Of a stretch of 61,323 nt of DNA, positions 1-9,082 are shown in pieces. The notes below the pieces were generated by a model. It saw only the letters and a program-made list of their open reading frames with translations, was not told the DNA's origin and ran no database searches. How positions within the stretch are numbered: position 1 is the first letter of the stretch; every line of letters begins with the position of its first letter. Location: NCBI GenBank assembly GCA_964516705.1, contig CAZEYV010000077.1:1-61323 (forward strand), written 5' to 3'. This stretch comes from an uncultured Chthoniobacter sp. (GTDB taxonomy: Bacteria > Verrucomicrobiota > Verrucomicrobiia > Chthoniobacterales > JACTMZ01). Made by a program: the position numbers and the translations under genes.

Positions 1-585
1 GCCGGTTGCGCCGGACCCAAGACGCTGAAGAAGCGCGACTTCACTTCGGTGCGGTCCGGCGAAGCGGCCGCGCTTTCCAAGAAACTGCGCCAGCCGACCT
101 ACATCCTTCCGGTCACCAAGGGCCCCTACAAGGGATCCCAAATGTATGTCTACGAATGGGACAAGCCGGACGACAACATCATCAACCGCATGTATACCTA
201 TGTTGTCGTGCGCGACGGATTGGTCGCGGCCGTGTTCGAGGATCCGGCGGACAAATACGAGAAGGACGCCAAAGCGGCGGCCTATGCCTTCCTCGACTCG
301 GAGGGCGAGCGCAAGTTGAGCGGTGTTTCCAACCAGCGCACCACCGCCGGCGCCCTGCGCAGTCTGGCCCAAGGCGTGGCCATGGCCGGTTCGTTCATTC
401 CGGTGGCCGGACCCGCTTTGTCCCTCGCGGGCCAAGCCGCCGGCCTGACCACCCAGGCGGTCACCGTGGGCGGTTCGGCACCGGCCACCACGTACAATCC
501 CGCGGCGGCCCGCCCGGCTTACCTGCAGACCGTGCCGCCCGAAAATTTGCCGCGCCTGGATCAACCGGCGGCGGCCGCGAACTGA
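1..585 (+). CDS. Hypothetical lipoprotein-like protein, 5'-partial (the frame is open to the left edge of the window)
   Basis: Frame 1 has no stop from nt 1. It reads AGCAGPKTL at the very start, which looks like a lipobox (L-A-G-C), so the true start probably lies upstream. The GTG at 49 is only the first in-window start. No recognisable domain. Confidence 0.45.
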   Translation, partial: AGCAGPKTLKKRDFTSVRSGEAAALSKKLRQPTYILPVTKGPYKGSQMYVYEWDKPDDNIINRMYTYVVVRDGLVAAVFEDPADKYEKDAKAAAYAFLDSEGERKLSGVSNQRTTAGALRSLAQGVAMAGSFIPVAGPALSLAGQAAGLTTQAVTVGGSAPATTYNPAAARPAYLQTVPPENLPRLDQPAAAAN

Positions 586-601
586 AACACCAAACGAATC
601 C

Positions 602-1468
602 ATGAAAACCCACCCCACCATCCTCGGCGCGGCCTTGACCGCGCTCGTCACCCTCAACCTTCATGCCGCCCCGCCGTCGCCGGCCGAAACGCAGGCCGCG
701 GTGCAAGCTGCCCGCACCCAGGCCACCGCCCCGGTGACCGCCGCGCGCGAGCAGGCGACTTCCCAAGTTGCCGCGGCCCGCACCCAAGCCACGGCCCAAG
801 CCAATGCCGTGCGCGATCAGGTGAAGGACAAAATGAAGTTGCCGGTCAAGACGCCCAAGCTCGACGTGCCCAACCTCGCGCAGGCGGCCAAGACGACCCG
901 TGCCACGGTCGACGACAAAGTGACCAGCCCGCGCACGCTGACTTACAAAAGCCGCGGCAGCCGTCTCTCGCGTTGGATCGCCCCGCTGACCTTCGGTCTC
1001 ATCACCTACGTGCCGTTCGACACGATGAATGCGGAAGTCACCGGCTCGGTGAACAATCTCATGGCCGAAGAAGGCATTTCGGTCGAGGAGATGACGACCA
1101 AAGCGTTTGCCGCGCAACTCAAGGACGGCAAACGCTGGTCCGCCGCAGCGCCGGCGCAAGGCAACTTCCAGGTCGAGATCAACCGCTACGCCCTCGATCC
1201 GGTGCCGACGAGCATTTCGTTGCTGCGTCCGACGGTGAGTCTGACCGGACGTCTCTTCGACAACGACGGCAAGCTCTTGTGGATCGGCAAAGGTTTTACC
1301 TCATCGGTTGAACCCGGCATCAAAGGCGCGACCCTCGAGCAATACGAGGCCGATCCGGCCAAGCTGCGCCAGGACTTCGAAACCTCGGTGCAGACCGCGG
1401 CCAAACGTCTCGCCGCGCAGGCCAACGCCGTGCCGAAAGCGTCGGTCAAAGTCGCCGCGGCTGATTGA
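602..1468 (+). CDS. Secreted hypothetical protein
   Basis: N-terminal signal peptide (MKTHPTILGAALTALVTLNLHAAPP). Short Ala/Gln/Thr-rich repeats follow (AARTQATA variants). High GC3 coding frame. No recognised family. Confidence 0.6.
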   Translation: MKTHPTILGAALTALVTLNLHAAPPSPAETQAAVQAARTQATAPVTAAREQATSQVAAARTQATAQANAVRDQVKDKMKLPVKTPKLDVPNLAQAAKTTRATVDDKVTSPRTLTYKSRGSRLSRWIAPLTFGLITYVPFDTMNAEVTGSVNNLMAEEGISVEEMTTKAFAAQLKDGKRWSAAAPAQGNFQVEINRYALDPVPTSISLLRPTVSLTGRLFDNDGKLLWIGKGFTSSVEPGIKGATLEQYEADPAKLRQDFETSVQTAAKRLAAQANAVPKASVKVAAAD

Positions 1469-1472
1469 GGCA

Positions 1473-1543
1473 GCGGCCCGCTGAGCCAGCGGGCCCTACC
1501 GCAAAATCTCTCCTCCCGGTAGGGCCGGCTGGCCCAGCCGGCC
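1473..1543. repeat. REP doublet, GTAGGG flavour, head-to-head, upstream of the RAYT
   Basis: The complement of 1473-1500 reads GTAGGGCCCGCTGGCTCAGCGGGCCGC. 1519-1543 reads GGTAGGGCCGGCTGGCCCAGCCGGCC. The two GTAGGG heads face each other across the spacer cgcaaaatctctcctccc. Confidence 0.7.
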
Positions 1544-1564
1544 GCAACATGCCACGTTGCCGGC

Positions 1565-2023
1565 GTGTCCTACCCACGCCGCAAGCCTCTCCCGCATGAC
1601 ACGCCGCTTGGAATCGAGACGGAGGAGGCGACGTTTTTTATCACGATTTGCGCGGCGACGCGCGGTTCGGATGATCTGGTCCGGGCCGGCCGTGCCAACT
1701 CGTTGCTCGATGCAGTCATGCATCGCCACACGAATGGATTATGGTGGTGCCGTGTCTTCGTTGTCATGCCGGATCACGTGCACGGGTTGATCCGTTTTCC
1801 GTTCTTGGAGCATCCGATGAAAAAGGTGATCGCTGAATTCAAGCGCTACGCCGCGCGAACGATTGGCGTTCGTTGGCAGAAAGACTTTTTCGACCATCGT
1901 TTACGTCGCGAGGAATCCGCACGGGAAAAGGCCGACTACATTCTGCGCAATCCGGAGCGTGCGGGACTGGTCGATGATTGGCGGCAGTGGCCGTATTGTT
2001 TCACCGCGCCGGACGCGTTTTGA
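1565..2023 (+). CDS. REP-associated tyrosine transposase (RAYT, TnpA_REP; IS200/IS605-like Y1 HUH family)
   Basis: HUH motif in VVMPDHVHGLI. C-terminal Tyr motif KADYILRNPERAGLV. At 152 aa it is the typical RAYT size. REP doublets sit on both flanks. GTG start. Confidence 0.8.
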   Translation: MSYPRRKPLPHDTPLGIETEEATFFITICAATRGSDDLVRAGRANSLLDAVMHRHTNGLWWCRVFVVMPDHVHGLIRFPFLEHPMKKVIAEFKRYAARTIGVRWQKDFFDHRLRREESAREKADYILRNPERAGLVDDWRQWPYCFTAPDAF

Positions 2024-2032
2024 GGGGCAGCA

Positions 2033-2090
2033 GACGGCTGGGCCAGCAGCCGTCCCTACCGAAAAAATCCCCTCCCGGTAGGGCCCGCTG
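2033..2090. repeat. REP doublet, GTAGGG flavour, downstream of the RAYT (right-hand unit appears truncated)
   Basis: The complement of 2033-2059 reads GTAGGGACGGCTGCTGGCCCAGCCGTC. This is followed by the spacer cgaaaaaatcccctccc and then cGGTAGGGCCCGCTG. The layout matches the ccctaccg-spacer-cggtaggg arrangement at 1495-1524. Confidence 0.65.
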
Positions 2091-2105
2091 TCCCCAAATT
2101 CCCAC

Positions 2106-2130
2106 GAAAATCGCGCCGGGACGGCGCGAT
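2106..2130 (-). terminator. Putative intrinsic terminator of the histidine kinase gene
   Basis: Hairpin atcgcgccg-gga-cggcgcgat, directly downstream (minus strand) of the stop at 2135. On the minus strand it is followed by TTTTCG. Confidence 0.5.
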
Positions 2131-2134
2131 CCAC

Positions 2135-5100
2135 CTATTTTTCCACCCGCGGGAAGCGCAACCGCACCTCCGCACCACCCAGCGGCGAGCGGCCGAAGGT
2201 GATTTCGCCGCGGTGGTTTTCCATCGCGGTGCGGACGACATACAAGCCGATGCCGGTGCCGCCTTTCTTGGTCGTGGTCAACGGGATGTCGGCCGGGCCG
2301 TCCTCCGGCCAACCCGGACCGCTGTCGCCGATGACCAACTCGGCATCTTCGCCCTTCACGGAAAGCTCGATGCTGAGTTCGCCCGTTTTCATTTCCGCCT
2401 CGGCGATGGCTTCGGCGGCATTGCGGAGGAGATTGGTGAGGGCCAGTTGCAACTGCGCGTCGTCGCCCGTGATGAGGCAAGGTTGGTCGAGGCCCGCGGT
2501 GCGGAGTTCGATGCGGTGCCGCGCCAGCAGGCCTTTGTTGTAAAGCAACGCACTCTGCACCACCTCGGATAGATCGATCCCGTGCTGTTCGGTTTGCACG
2601 CTGCGCAGGAGGGTCTTCATCTTGTCGATGATCACGACCACGCGCTGTGCTTCTTCGGCGATGACGCGTAGGGCATCGCGGTCGTCCCTGTCTTGCGACA
2701 AGGCTATTTTGCTCTGCAACAGGATGGCACTGAGCGGTTGGTTGATTTCGTGAGCCACGGCGGAGGCAGTGAGGCTCGTCTTTAATTTCGTTTCCAGATC
2801 GCGGCGATGCTGGGTCTCCAACTGCTTCTCGCGGGCGGTGGCTTCTTTTTCCTCGGTGATGTCCTGCAACACGCCGCTGGCTCCCCGGGCGCGTCCTTTT
2901 TCGTCGCGGGTCACGACACCCCGCTCGCGCACGTGGCGGACTTCACCATTGGGACGCCGGATGCGGTATTCCATGCCGAAGATGGTGTCGGATTCCAGCA
3001 TGCGCCGCGTCTCGCGCATGACTTCGTCATGGTCTTCGGGATGGACGAATTTCTCCCAATGTCCGTCGAAGTCCGCGAGGTCCACACCGTGGATGCGGGC
3101 CATTTCCTCGTCCCAACGGTCGAGACCGGTCTCCACGTCGAGTTCCCAGAAGCCGAGTTGCGCAGCGGAAGCGGCGAGTTGCATGTTGCGGTTGGCCTCG
3201 GAGAGCAATTGCTCGGCCCGTTTCCGGTCGGTGATGTCGGTCAGCACGCCTTCCCACACGACGGAGCCGTTGGGCATGTCGCGCGGGGCGGATTCCGCGG
3301 TGATCCAGCGTGTTTCGCCTTTGATCACCACGCGGCACTCTTCCTTGAAGGGCAACTTGTGCTCGAAGACGTAGGCGTTTTTGCGCACCCATTCCTCGTG
3401 GTCGTCGGGATGCACGCAGGCGAAGGCGCTCGTCGGGTCGGCGCGTGCCTCCTCGGGCTTCAGCCCGGTCAACTCGAGGAAACGGGTCGACATGAAGGAG
3501 AAATAAGCCGTCCCGCCGTCGGGCGGTCGCACCATGGTGTAGGTGCCGACGGGAATGTTCTCCGTGAGTTCGAACGCGGTGCGCTCGAGTTGCTCGCGCA
3601 GCGAGCGCAGGGCCTGCTCGGCTTTTTTGCGTTCCGTCACATCGGTCATGCTGACGAGCAGGTGGTCGTCGAGGACGACGGCGCGGAAAATGATGTCGCG
3701 CTTGGTGCCGTCCTTGCAAGTCACCTCGAACTCCATCGATCTGATGCTGCCCTTGGTTTGGATGGCGCGGAAGACGGCTTCATCCCACTCGCGGAACACC
3801 TCCCGGCGGTAAGCGGGATCGGGGTAGGCTTTTTCCGACCAGATGGCAATGGTCCGCATCTCCTCGAGCGTGTAGCCGAACGTGCGGGTGAATTGCTCGT
3901 TGATGTAGGTGATTTCGGCGGGCGAGGTCAGGCTGTTGACCGCCACGGCGATGGGCAAATTGTCGAAGATCAACCTCTGCTCTTTTTCCGCGCGCTGGCG
4001 CTCGGTGATATCGGTCAGCACACCTTCCCAGATCGTGCCGCCTCCGGGGCGATTTCGCGGGACGGATTCCAGCGTCACGCTCCGCGTCACGCCGCGCACG
4101 GCGATCTCACCCTCCCAGAAAAACCGCTCCTTCCGGGCGAAGACCTCGCGGTTGATGTGCTCGATTTCCGCGCGTCCCGACGCGTTCATCGGTTGCAGGG
4201 CCAAGGCGTGGTCGGCCATCACTTCCTCGCGCTTGAGCCCGGTCATGGCGAGGAAGCGTTCGCTCAGGAAGGTGAAGTGCGGTTTGCCGTCCGCGTCGAA
4301 TTCCAACACGTAGGTGCCGACCGGAATATTTTCCGTCAGTTCGTAGGCGGTGCGCTGCAGTTGCTCGCGGGCATTGCGCAATTCCTCCTCCGTCGCGCGT
4401 TGCTTGGCCAACTGCCGGAAGAGCACGGCGAGGAATTGGCCGATCAGCGAGATGCCGACGAGAAAGACGTTCAGGTCGAACAAGCTGGTGGCTTCTCCGA
4501 AGTAAAACGGACCCTGACCGTGGCTGGTGGCGTAGAGGAAGGCCACCGAGATGAGGGCGCTGGCGATGCAGACCGCCGGGAGGCCGAGAAGAAGGGCGAA
4601 GGCAACGAGCAGCGGTTGGAAAAGGACGAGCGAAGTGCCGACCCCGCCACCACCCAGGACGAAGAGCGCCACGGCCAGGACCGCGACGGTCACCAGAGCC
4701 GGAAGGACAATCTGCCTGGCCCATGAGACCCGTGCGCGGGGATGCAGAAGGATGAGCAGCAGTGGCGCGAGTTGGGACTGGGCCATGCCGCTGCCGGACC
4801 ACCAGTTCAGCCCGGCGGCCAGCCAGGCCTGAGGATCCCCGATCACGCCACCGGCCAAGAGCGAGGCGGTTCCGAGCGTGGCGCAGAATGGCTGCAGGAC
4901 GAGAAAGACCATGGCCTGCAGCAAGGCCCAAGAGCGGACGTTATCCATGTCGATGCTTCCCTGCAGACGGCGGAACAACCAGACGGCGAGGACAGCCTCG
5001 AGGGTGTTGGCCGCGGAGACGCCCAGGCCGGCCCAGATCGGGAGATCGCGGCCCAAAATGAGAAGCTGATGACCGACGAAAATGCCGGGCCACACGCCGG

Positions 5101-5287
5101 CCCCGAAGCGCAGAGCGAAGGCGAGAGCGAAGGCCTCGGGAATGAAAAAGGCGGGGGTGACGAGCACATGGTCGACGTCGAGAAGGAAACTGATCCGGCC
5201 GGTGACGGCCCACGCCACCGCGAGGATCAGCGAGGGCCATCCGCAAGTGCGGAGCCAGGAATTTTTTTGCCCGGAAGCCATCGCCAA
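2135..5287 (-). CDS. Sensor histidine kinase: MASE1 membrane domain, about four PAS domains, HisKA and HATPase
   Basis: Polytopic MASE1-like N-terminus. Repeated PAS modules (ELTENIPVGTY... WEGVLTDITERQRAE / ...DITDRKRAE). H-box SAVAHEINQPLSAI. C-terminal ATPase motifs (LRNAAEA, DSGPG, GTGIGL). Confidence 0.9.
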   Translation of the reverse strand: MAMASGQKNSWLRTCGWPSLILAVAWAVTGRISFLLDVDHVLVTPAFFIPEAFALAFALRFGAGVWPGIFVGHQLLILGRDLPIWAGLGVSAANTLEAVLAVWLFRRLQGSIDMDNVRSWALLQAMVFLVLQPFCATLGTASLLAGGVIGDPQAWLAAGLNWWSGSGMAQSQLAPLLLILLHPRARVSWARQIVLPALVTVAVLAVALFVLGGGGVGTSLVLFQPLLVAFALLLGLPAVCIASALISVAFLYATSHGQGPFYFGEATSLFDLNVFLVGISLIGQFLAVLFRQLAKQRATEEELRNAREQLQRTAYELTENIPVGTYVLEFDADGKPHFTFLSERFLAMTGLKREEVMADHALALQPMNASGRAEIEHINREVFARKERFFWEGEIAVRGVTRSVTLESVPRNRPGGGTIWEGVLTDITERQRAEKEQRLIFDNLPIAVAVNSLTSPAEITYINEQFTRTFGYTLEEMRTIAIWSEKAYPDPAYRREVFREWDEAVFRAIQTKGSIRSMEFEVTCKDGTKRDIIFRAVVLDDHLLVSMTDVTERKKAEQALRSLREQLERTAFELTENIPVGTYTMVRPPDGGTAYFSFMSTRFLELTGLKPEEARADPTSAFACVHPDDHEEWVRKNAYVFEHKLPFKEECRVVIKGETRWITAESAPRDMPNGSVVWEGVLTDITDRKRAEQLLSEANRNMQLAASAAQLGFWELDVETGLDRWDEEMARIHGVDLADFDGHWEKFVHPEDHDEVMRETRRMLESDTIFGMEYRIRRPNGEVRHVRERGVVTRDEKGRARGASGVLQDITEEKEATAREKQLETQHRRDLETKLKTSLTASAVAHEINQPLSAILLQSKIALSQDRDDRDALRVIAEEAQRVVVIIDKMKTLLRSVQTEQHGIDLSEVVQSALLYNKGLLARHRIELRTAGLDQPCLITGDDAQLQLALTNLLRNAAEAIAEAEMKTGELSIELSVKGEDAELVIGDSGPGWPEDGPADIPLTTTKKGGTGIGLYVVRTAMENHRGEITFGRSPLGGAEVRLRFPRVEK

Positions 5288-5572
5288 CTGGTTACCGCAC
5301 CTGCGCGCGCCTGTCGAATGCGCCGGGGTGTTTTACGGAGCCACAAAAGATGTTTTCTTCGGCAAGGCTTGAACGGGCGAGGAAGATGTCTCTCACCAAG
5401 ACACGGGGATCACGGAGAGAGCGGCTGTTTTCCTCGGCGTTCTTTGTTTCTCCGTGAGAGCGCCCGGTTCCGTGGAGCAATGCCACTTTACGAAGCGCAT
5501 GCTTCGGCAACATCGCGGTCCATCAAGACAAGGAACTCGTTCTGGAGGTGCTGCCTTGGGTGGCTCCGGCGT

Positions 5573-6013
5573 TTACTCCAGCGATTCGAGGTCGGCGATG
5601 TCCTGCGGTCTTCCGGTGGCTTTTTTGTTGGCGCACAGCGAGTCCCGGTCGAGGAAGGGAAGCGTGTCTTCCCCGAGGGAAAGATAGACCCTCTTTTCCC
5701 AAGCATTCGCGAAATCCAGCCCCGTGAGTCCGGTGAGGATATCGACACGGTTGGGCGCGACGCCGAGCTGGATGATTTTGTCGGGCTCCGCGAAGTCCGA
5801 AGCCTTCAAGCCCGTCGATCCAAACCCGAAAAGAGCAATGACTTTTTCCATGCGTTGAGCCGTCTCTTGGTTGCAGCGGATCCAAAGATCAATGTCTCCG
5901 GAGTAACGCGGACGGCCGTGCGCAGCCAGGGCTGCCGCACCCACCACGAGAAAATCAACGCCCTCCGAGAGGAGTAATGCGATAAACTCTCTGCAATCGT
6001 TGCTCAGGTGCAT
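5573..6013 (-). CDS. Nucleotidyltransferase-fold protein (DUF6036 / MNT-like), candidate toxin-antitoxin component
   Basis: The motif GRPRYSGDIDLWI fits the G-x(n)-D-x-D minimal nucleotidyltransferase signature. Small size (146 aa). Overlaps a small upstream partner ORF. Confidence 0.6.
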   Translation of the reverse strand: MHLSNDCREFIALLLSEGVDFLVVGAAALAAHGRPRYSGDIDLWIRCNQETAQRMEKVIALFGFGSTGLKASDFAEPDKIIQLGVAPNRVDILTGLTGLDFANAWEKRVYLSLGEDTLPFLDRDSLCANKKATGRPQDIADLESLE

Positions 6014-6143
6014 TGAGGAGATCGAAACGGCAGATTTGCAGCCAGATTTTCAGGCGTTCGGCCGGCGTCAGGCGCCGGTAAAACTCGCGGTCGGCCGCGT
6101 TTTCCTCCTCAAAGCTGCCGAAGGTGCGGGCGACCCGTTTCAT
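5955..6143 (-). CDS. Small conserved-looking partner protein (62 aa) of the nucleotidyltransferase
   Basis: Codon-biased ORF (FGSFEEENAADREFYRRLTPAERLKIWLQI ... RLQRVYRI). It overlaps the downstream NTase gene by 59 nt on the same strand. The family assignment comes from memory of similar small proteins, not from a search. Confidence 0.45.
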   Translation of the reverse strand: MKRVARTFGSFEEENAADREFYRRLTPAERLKIWLQICRFDLLNAPEQRLQRVYRITPLGGR

Positions 6144-6194
6144 GTCACCATTCTACAGGCTGGGGAGACGTATTCAAGACCACCCGCTGCCGCG

Positions 6195-6809
6195 TCAGGA
6201 CTTGGAGCCGAGCGTGGACTGGTAGTGTTTGATGGCCAGCTGGACGAATTCGGGGCCGGTGGTGCCGAGTTTTTCGGCCATGGTGCGGCGGTGGGTCTGC
6301 ACGGTCTGCGGGGAGATAAACAATGTTTCGCCGATTTCTTTGCTCATCAGTCCGCGGCCGACGAGGAGGAAGATTTCGTATTCGCGCTCGCTCAGGCGGT
6401 CGCGCACGTCCTTGGGGCGGGCCGAGGAGGAACCGCCGCGCGCTTTGGGCAGGAGCGTTTTGAGTTCGGCGGCGAGGTCGTCGAAGGCCTGGGTTTTGTC
6501 GAGGACGGCATGGACCGCGTCGCGCAGATCGGCCGGGCAGACGAAGGTGCTGGCTTCGCCGGAGAGGATGATGATGCGGGCCGCGGGGTTTGTTTTGGTC
6601 AGGCGGCGGGCCACATCCACCCCGCTGCCGTCGGGCAGGGCGAGGTCAAGCACGAGCAGATCGGGTTGGTGGCGCTCGCAGGCCTTGAGGCCCTCGGCGG
6701 CCGACGCGGTGGCGGCCGCGACGTGCAGACCGGGCGTGCCTTGCAGCATATTGTGCAGCATCTGCCGGAACATGGTCTGGTCCTCGACGATGACGCAGCG
6801 CAGGGCCAT
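6195..6809 (-). CDS. Response regulator, NarL/FixJ (LuxR-type HTH) family
   Basis: Receiver motifs (VIVEDQ, DLLVLDLALPDGSG). C-terminal LuxR HTH (LSEREYEIFLLVGRGLMSKEIGETLFISPQTVQTHR). Confidence 0.9.
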   Translation of the reverse strand: MALRCVIVEDQTMFRQMLHNMLQGTPGLHVAAATASAAEGLKACERHQPDLLVLDLALPDGSGVDVARRLTKTNPAARIIILSGEASTFVCPADLRDAVHAVLDKTQAFDDLAAELKTLLPKARGGSSSARPKDVRDRLSEREYEIFLLVGRGLMSKEIGETLFISPQTVQTHRRTMAEKLGTTGPEFVQLAIKHYQSTLGSKS

Positions 6810-6832
6810 GAGGGATCGGCGGAGCCGGGGGC

Positions 6833-9079
6833 TCAGCCCTCCTTCTTTTTCCGTCCGAAGATCCGCTGGAAAAGGTTGGGCTTTTTCTCCGGTGCGGCGG
6901 CCGAGGCCGCTTCGGCGCGGCGGACGGTGGTGGCGGACGAGGTGCGGCGCGAGGAACCGCCGGCGGTGGCCGTCGTTCCGCTTCTTTCCCCCGGCGGCGC
7001 GGCGGCCAGGGCGGCGGGGATAGCCCGGCCGAAGTTGATGCTGGAAACATAGCCGAAGCTGCCTTTGGCCGGTTGGAGGCGGGCCACCTCGACTTGGTCG
7101 CCTTCCTCCATCTTGAAGATGTCGGAGAGGATTTTCGAGGCGATGGGCGCGGCCACGTCGCCGCCGGAGGCGCCGCCGTTGACCATGACGGAGACGGCGT
7201 AGCGCGGTTTGTCATAGGGGGCGAAGGCAATGAACCAGACGTGGTTGTCCTTGAGCCCGCGGCGCCAGAATTGCGCGGTGCCGGTCTTGCCCGCCACCTG
7301 GTAGTTTTTGATCCGGGCCCCCGGGGCGGTGCCGCCGCCGCGGTTGACCACGTCCCAGAGTCCGCGCCGGACCTTTTCGAAGTCCTCCGCGCTGATGCCG
7401 TTTTCGAGGAGGTTGGCGCGGATTTTGACCGGTTCCTGGCGCACGACGGTGCCGTCGCGGGCCACGACTTTGTCGACCATGCGCGGATGGTAGCTGGTGC
7501 CCCAGTTGGCCACCGTGGCGGCGACCATGGCCATCTGCAGCGGGGAGGCGAGGACAAAGCCCTGCCCGATCGAGGTGTTGGCGGTTTGTCCGGTGGACCA
7601 CTGCTCGCGGAGGTTTTGTTGGGCCAGCCACTCGGGTCCGGGCAGGATCCCGGGGCTTTCCCCGGCGATGGGGGCGCCGGATTTTTGTCCGAGCCCGAGC
7701 ATATTGCCGACGGCGATGATTTCCTCGATGCCGGCATTGTTGCCGTAGAGGCAGAAGTAGGCGTTGCACGAGGAGCGCAGGGCGGAGCCGAGGCCGATGG
7801 TGCCGTGGGTGCCGGTGCACTTGAGGGTGTGGCGTCCGTATTTGACCCCGCCGGTGCAGGTGAAGGAACGCCCGGACATGTTTTTGCGCAGGCCGGCGAG
7901 GGCGGGCACGACTTTGTAGGTCGAACCGGGCGCGTAGCCGCTGGTCGCGCGGTTCATCAGCGGGTTGGTGCGGTCGGAGGTCAGCGCGTTCCACTCGTCG
8001 GACTTGATCGAGGGGATGAAGGCGTTGGGGTCGAACGAGGGGACGCTGGCCATGGCGAGGATGTCGCCGTTGTTGGGGTCGACGACCACGGCGGCGCCGC
8101 GTCCGACCACGCGCAGGGCTTTTTCCGCGATGTGCTGGATGCGCGCGTCGATGGTGAGATGGATGTTGTGGCCCGGTTTGGGTTCCTCGCGGGCGATTTC
8201 CCCCTGGATGCGGCCTTTGGCGTCGCGTTGCAGGATGCGTGCGCCGGGTTGTCCGCGCAGGTCGTCGTCGAGGGTGAGTTCGATCTGCGCTTTGCCCTCC
8301 ACGTCGGACTGGTAAAAGGTGAAGAGGGCGGCTTCCTCCTGGTCGACTTCGTTCGGGGCGCCGACGTAGCCGAGGAAATGGGCCCCCAGTGCGCCGTAGA
8401 TGTAGTTGCGCACCGGGCGCATGTTGACCTCCACGCCGGGCAATTCGGCGTTGTGCTCGGCGAACTTGGCCAGCGTTTCGAAGTCGAGGTCCTCCATGAA
8501 CGTGTAGGGCACCTCGGTCTCGTTGCGGTAGTGCAGGCGCAACTGTTCCTCGTTGAGTTTTTTGCGGATGCCGAATTTGTCCAGCATGGGCATGACGGTG
8601 TCGTTGACGATTTTGACGATGTCGGGTTCGTCTTTTTCGGTCATCATGCCGCCGACGGTGGTGCGGTAGGAGTGGCGGGGCAGTTCGCCGTGGGTCTCGC
8701 GGTATTGGCGCACGAGGTCGGGCAGGTAGAACTCGACCACGGCGCTGGAGCGGTTGACCGCGAGGGGCACGCCGTGGCGGTCGAGGATTTCGCCGCGCAC
8801 GGCGGGCAGGCGGACATTGACCTGCGAATTGCCGCGGATGCGGGCGGTGTATTCGGCGCCGCGGGCCACCTGCACATACCACAACTGGCCGGCGAGCAAG
8901 CCGAAGCAGGCCAGCATGATCAGGCCGATGACCGCGAGGCGGAACTCGGGCGAGCGGCGCAGCGGTTGGGTGGAAGCGGACCGGTTCGGCACGGCCCAGA
9001 TGTAAAGCTTTCCGGGCCTCCCCGCAAATCCTTCAAAGGGGAAAACCGTGTAGGCAACGGCGCGCCGCACCCCCGGCAA
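6833..9079 (-). CDS. mrdA: Penicillin-binding protein 2 (peptidoglycan D,D-transpeptidase)
   Basis: N-terminal TM helix, PBP dimerisation region, and a transpeptidase domain with STYK (SxxK) and the context VVVDPNNGDILAMASVPSFDPN. Low-complexity basic C-terminal tail. The start is uncertain and may be internal. Confidence 0.85.
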   Translation of the reverse strand: MPGVRRAVAYTVFPFEGFAGRPGKLYIWAVPNRSASTQPLRRSPEFRLAVIGLIMLACFGLLAGQLWYVQVARGAEYTARIRGNSQVNVRLPAVRGEILDRHGVPLAVNRSSAVVEFYLPDLVRQYRETHGELPRHSYRTTVGGMMTEKDEPDIVKIVNDTVMPMLDKFGIRKKLNEEQLRLHYRNETEVPYTFMEDLDFETLAKFAEHNAELPGVEVNMRPVRNYIYGALGAHFLGYVGAPNEVDQEEAALFTFYQSDVEGKAQIELTLDDDLRGQPGARILQRDAKGRIQGEIAREEPKPGHNIHLTIDARIQHIAEKALRVVGRGAAVVVDPNNGDILAMASVPSFDPNAFIPSIKSDEWNALTSDRTNPLMNRATSGYAPGSTYKVVPALAGLRKNMSGRSFTCTGGVKYGRHTLKCTGTHGTIGLGSALRSSCNAYFCLYGNNAGIEEIIAVGNMLGLGQKSGAPIAGESPGILPGPEWLAQQNLREQWSTGQTANTSIGQGFVLASPLQMAMVAATVANWGTSYHPRMVDKVVARDGTVVRQEPVKIRANLLENGISAEDFEKVRRGLWDVVNRGGGTAPGARIKNYQVAGKTGTAQFWRRGLKDNHVWFIAFAPYDKPRYAVSVMVNGGASGGDVAAPIASKILSDIFKMEEGDQVEVARLQPAKGSFGYVSSINFGRAIPAALAAAPPGERSGTTATAGGSSRRTSSATTVRRAEAASAAAPEKKPNLFQRIFGRKKKEG

Positions 9080-9082
9080 CGC

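Noticed and set aside
6-605. 199-aa ORF at the left edge in frame 3
   Set aside because: It has an Arg/Gly/Pro-rich shadow composition. The frame-1 ORF, open to the window edge and starting with a lipobox-like sequence, is the more credible gene.
2807-4726. 639-aa plus-strand ORF
   Set aside because: Antisense to the MASE1-PAS histidine kinase. The composition is G/R/E/H-rich with no motifs. It is a shadow frame.
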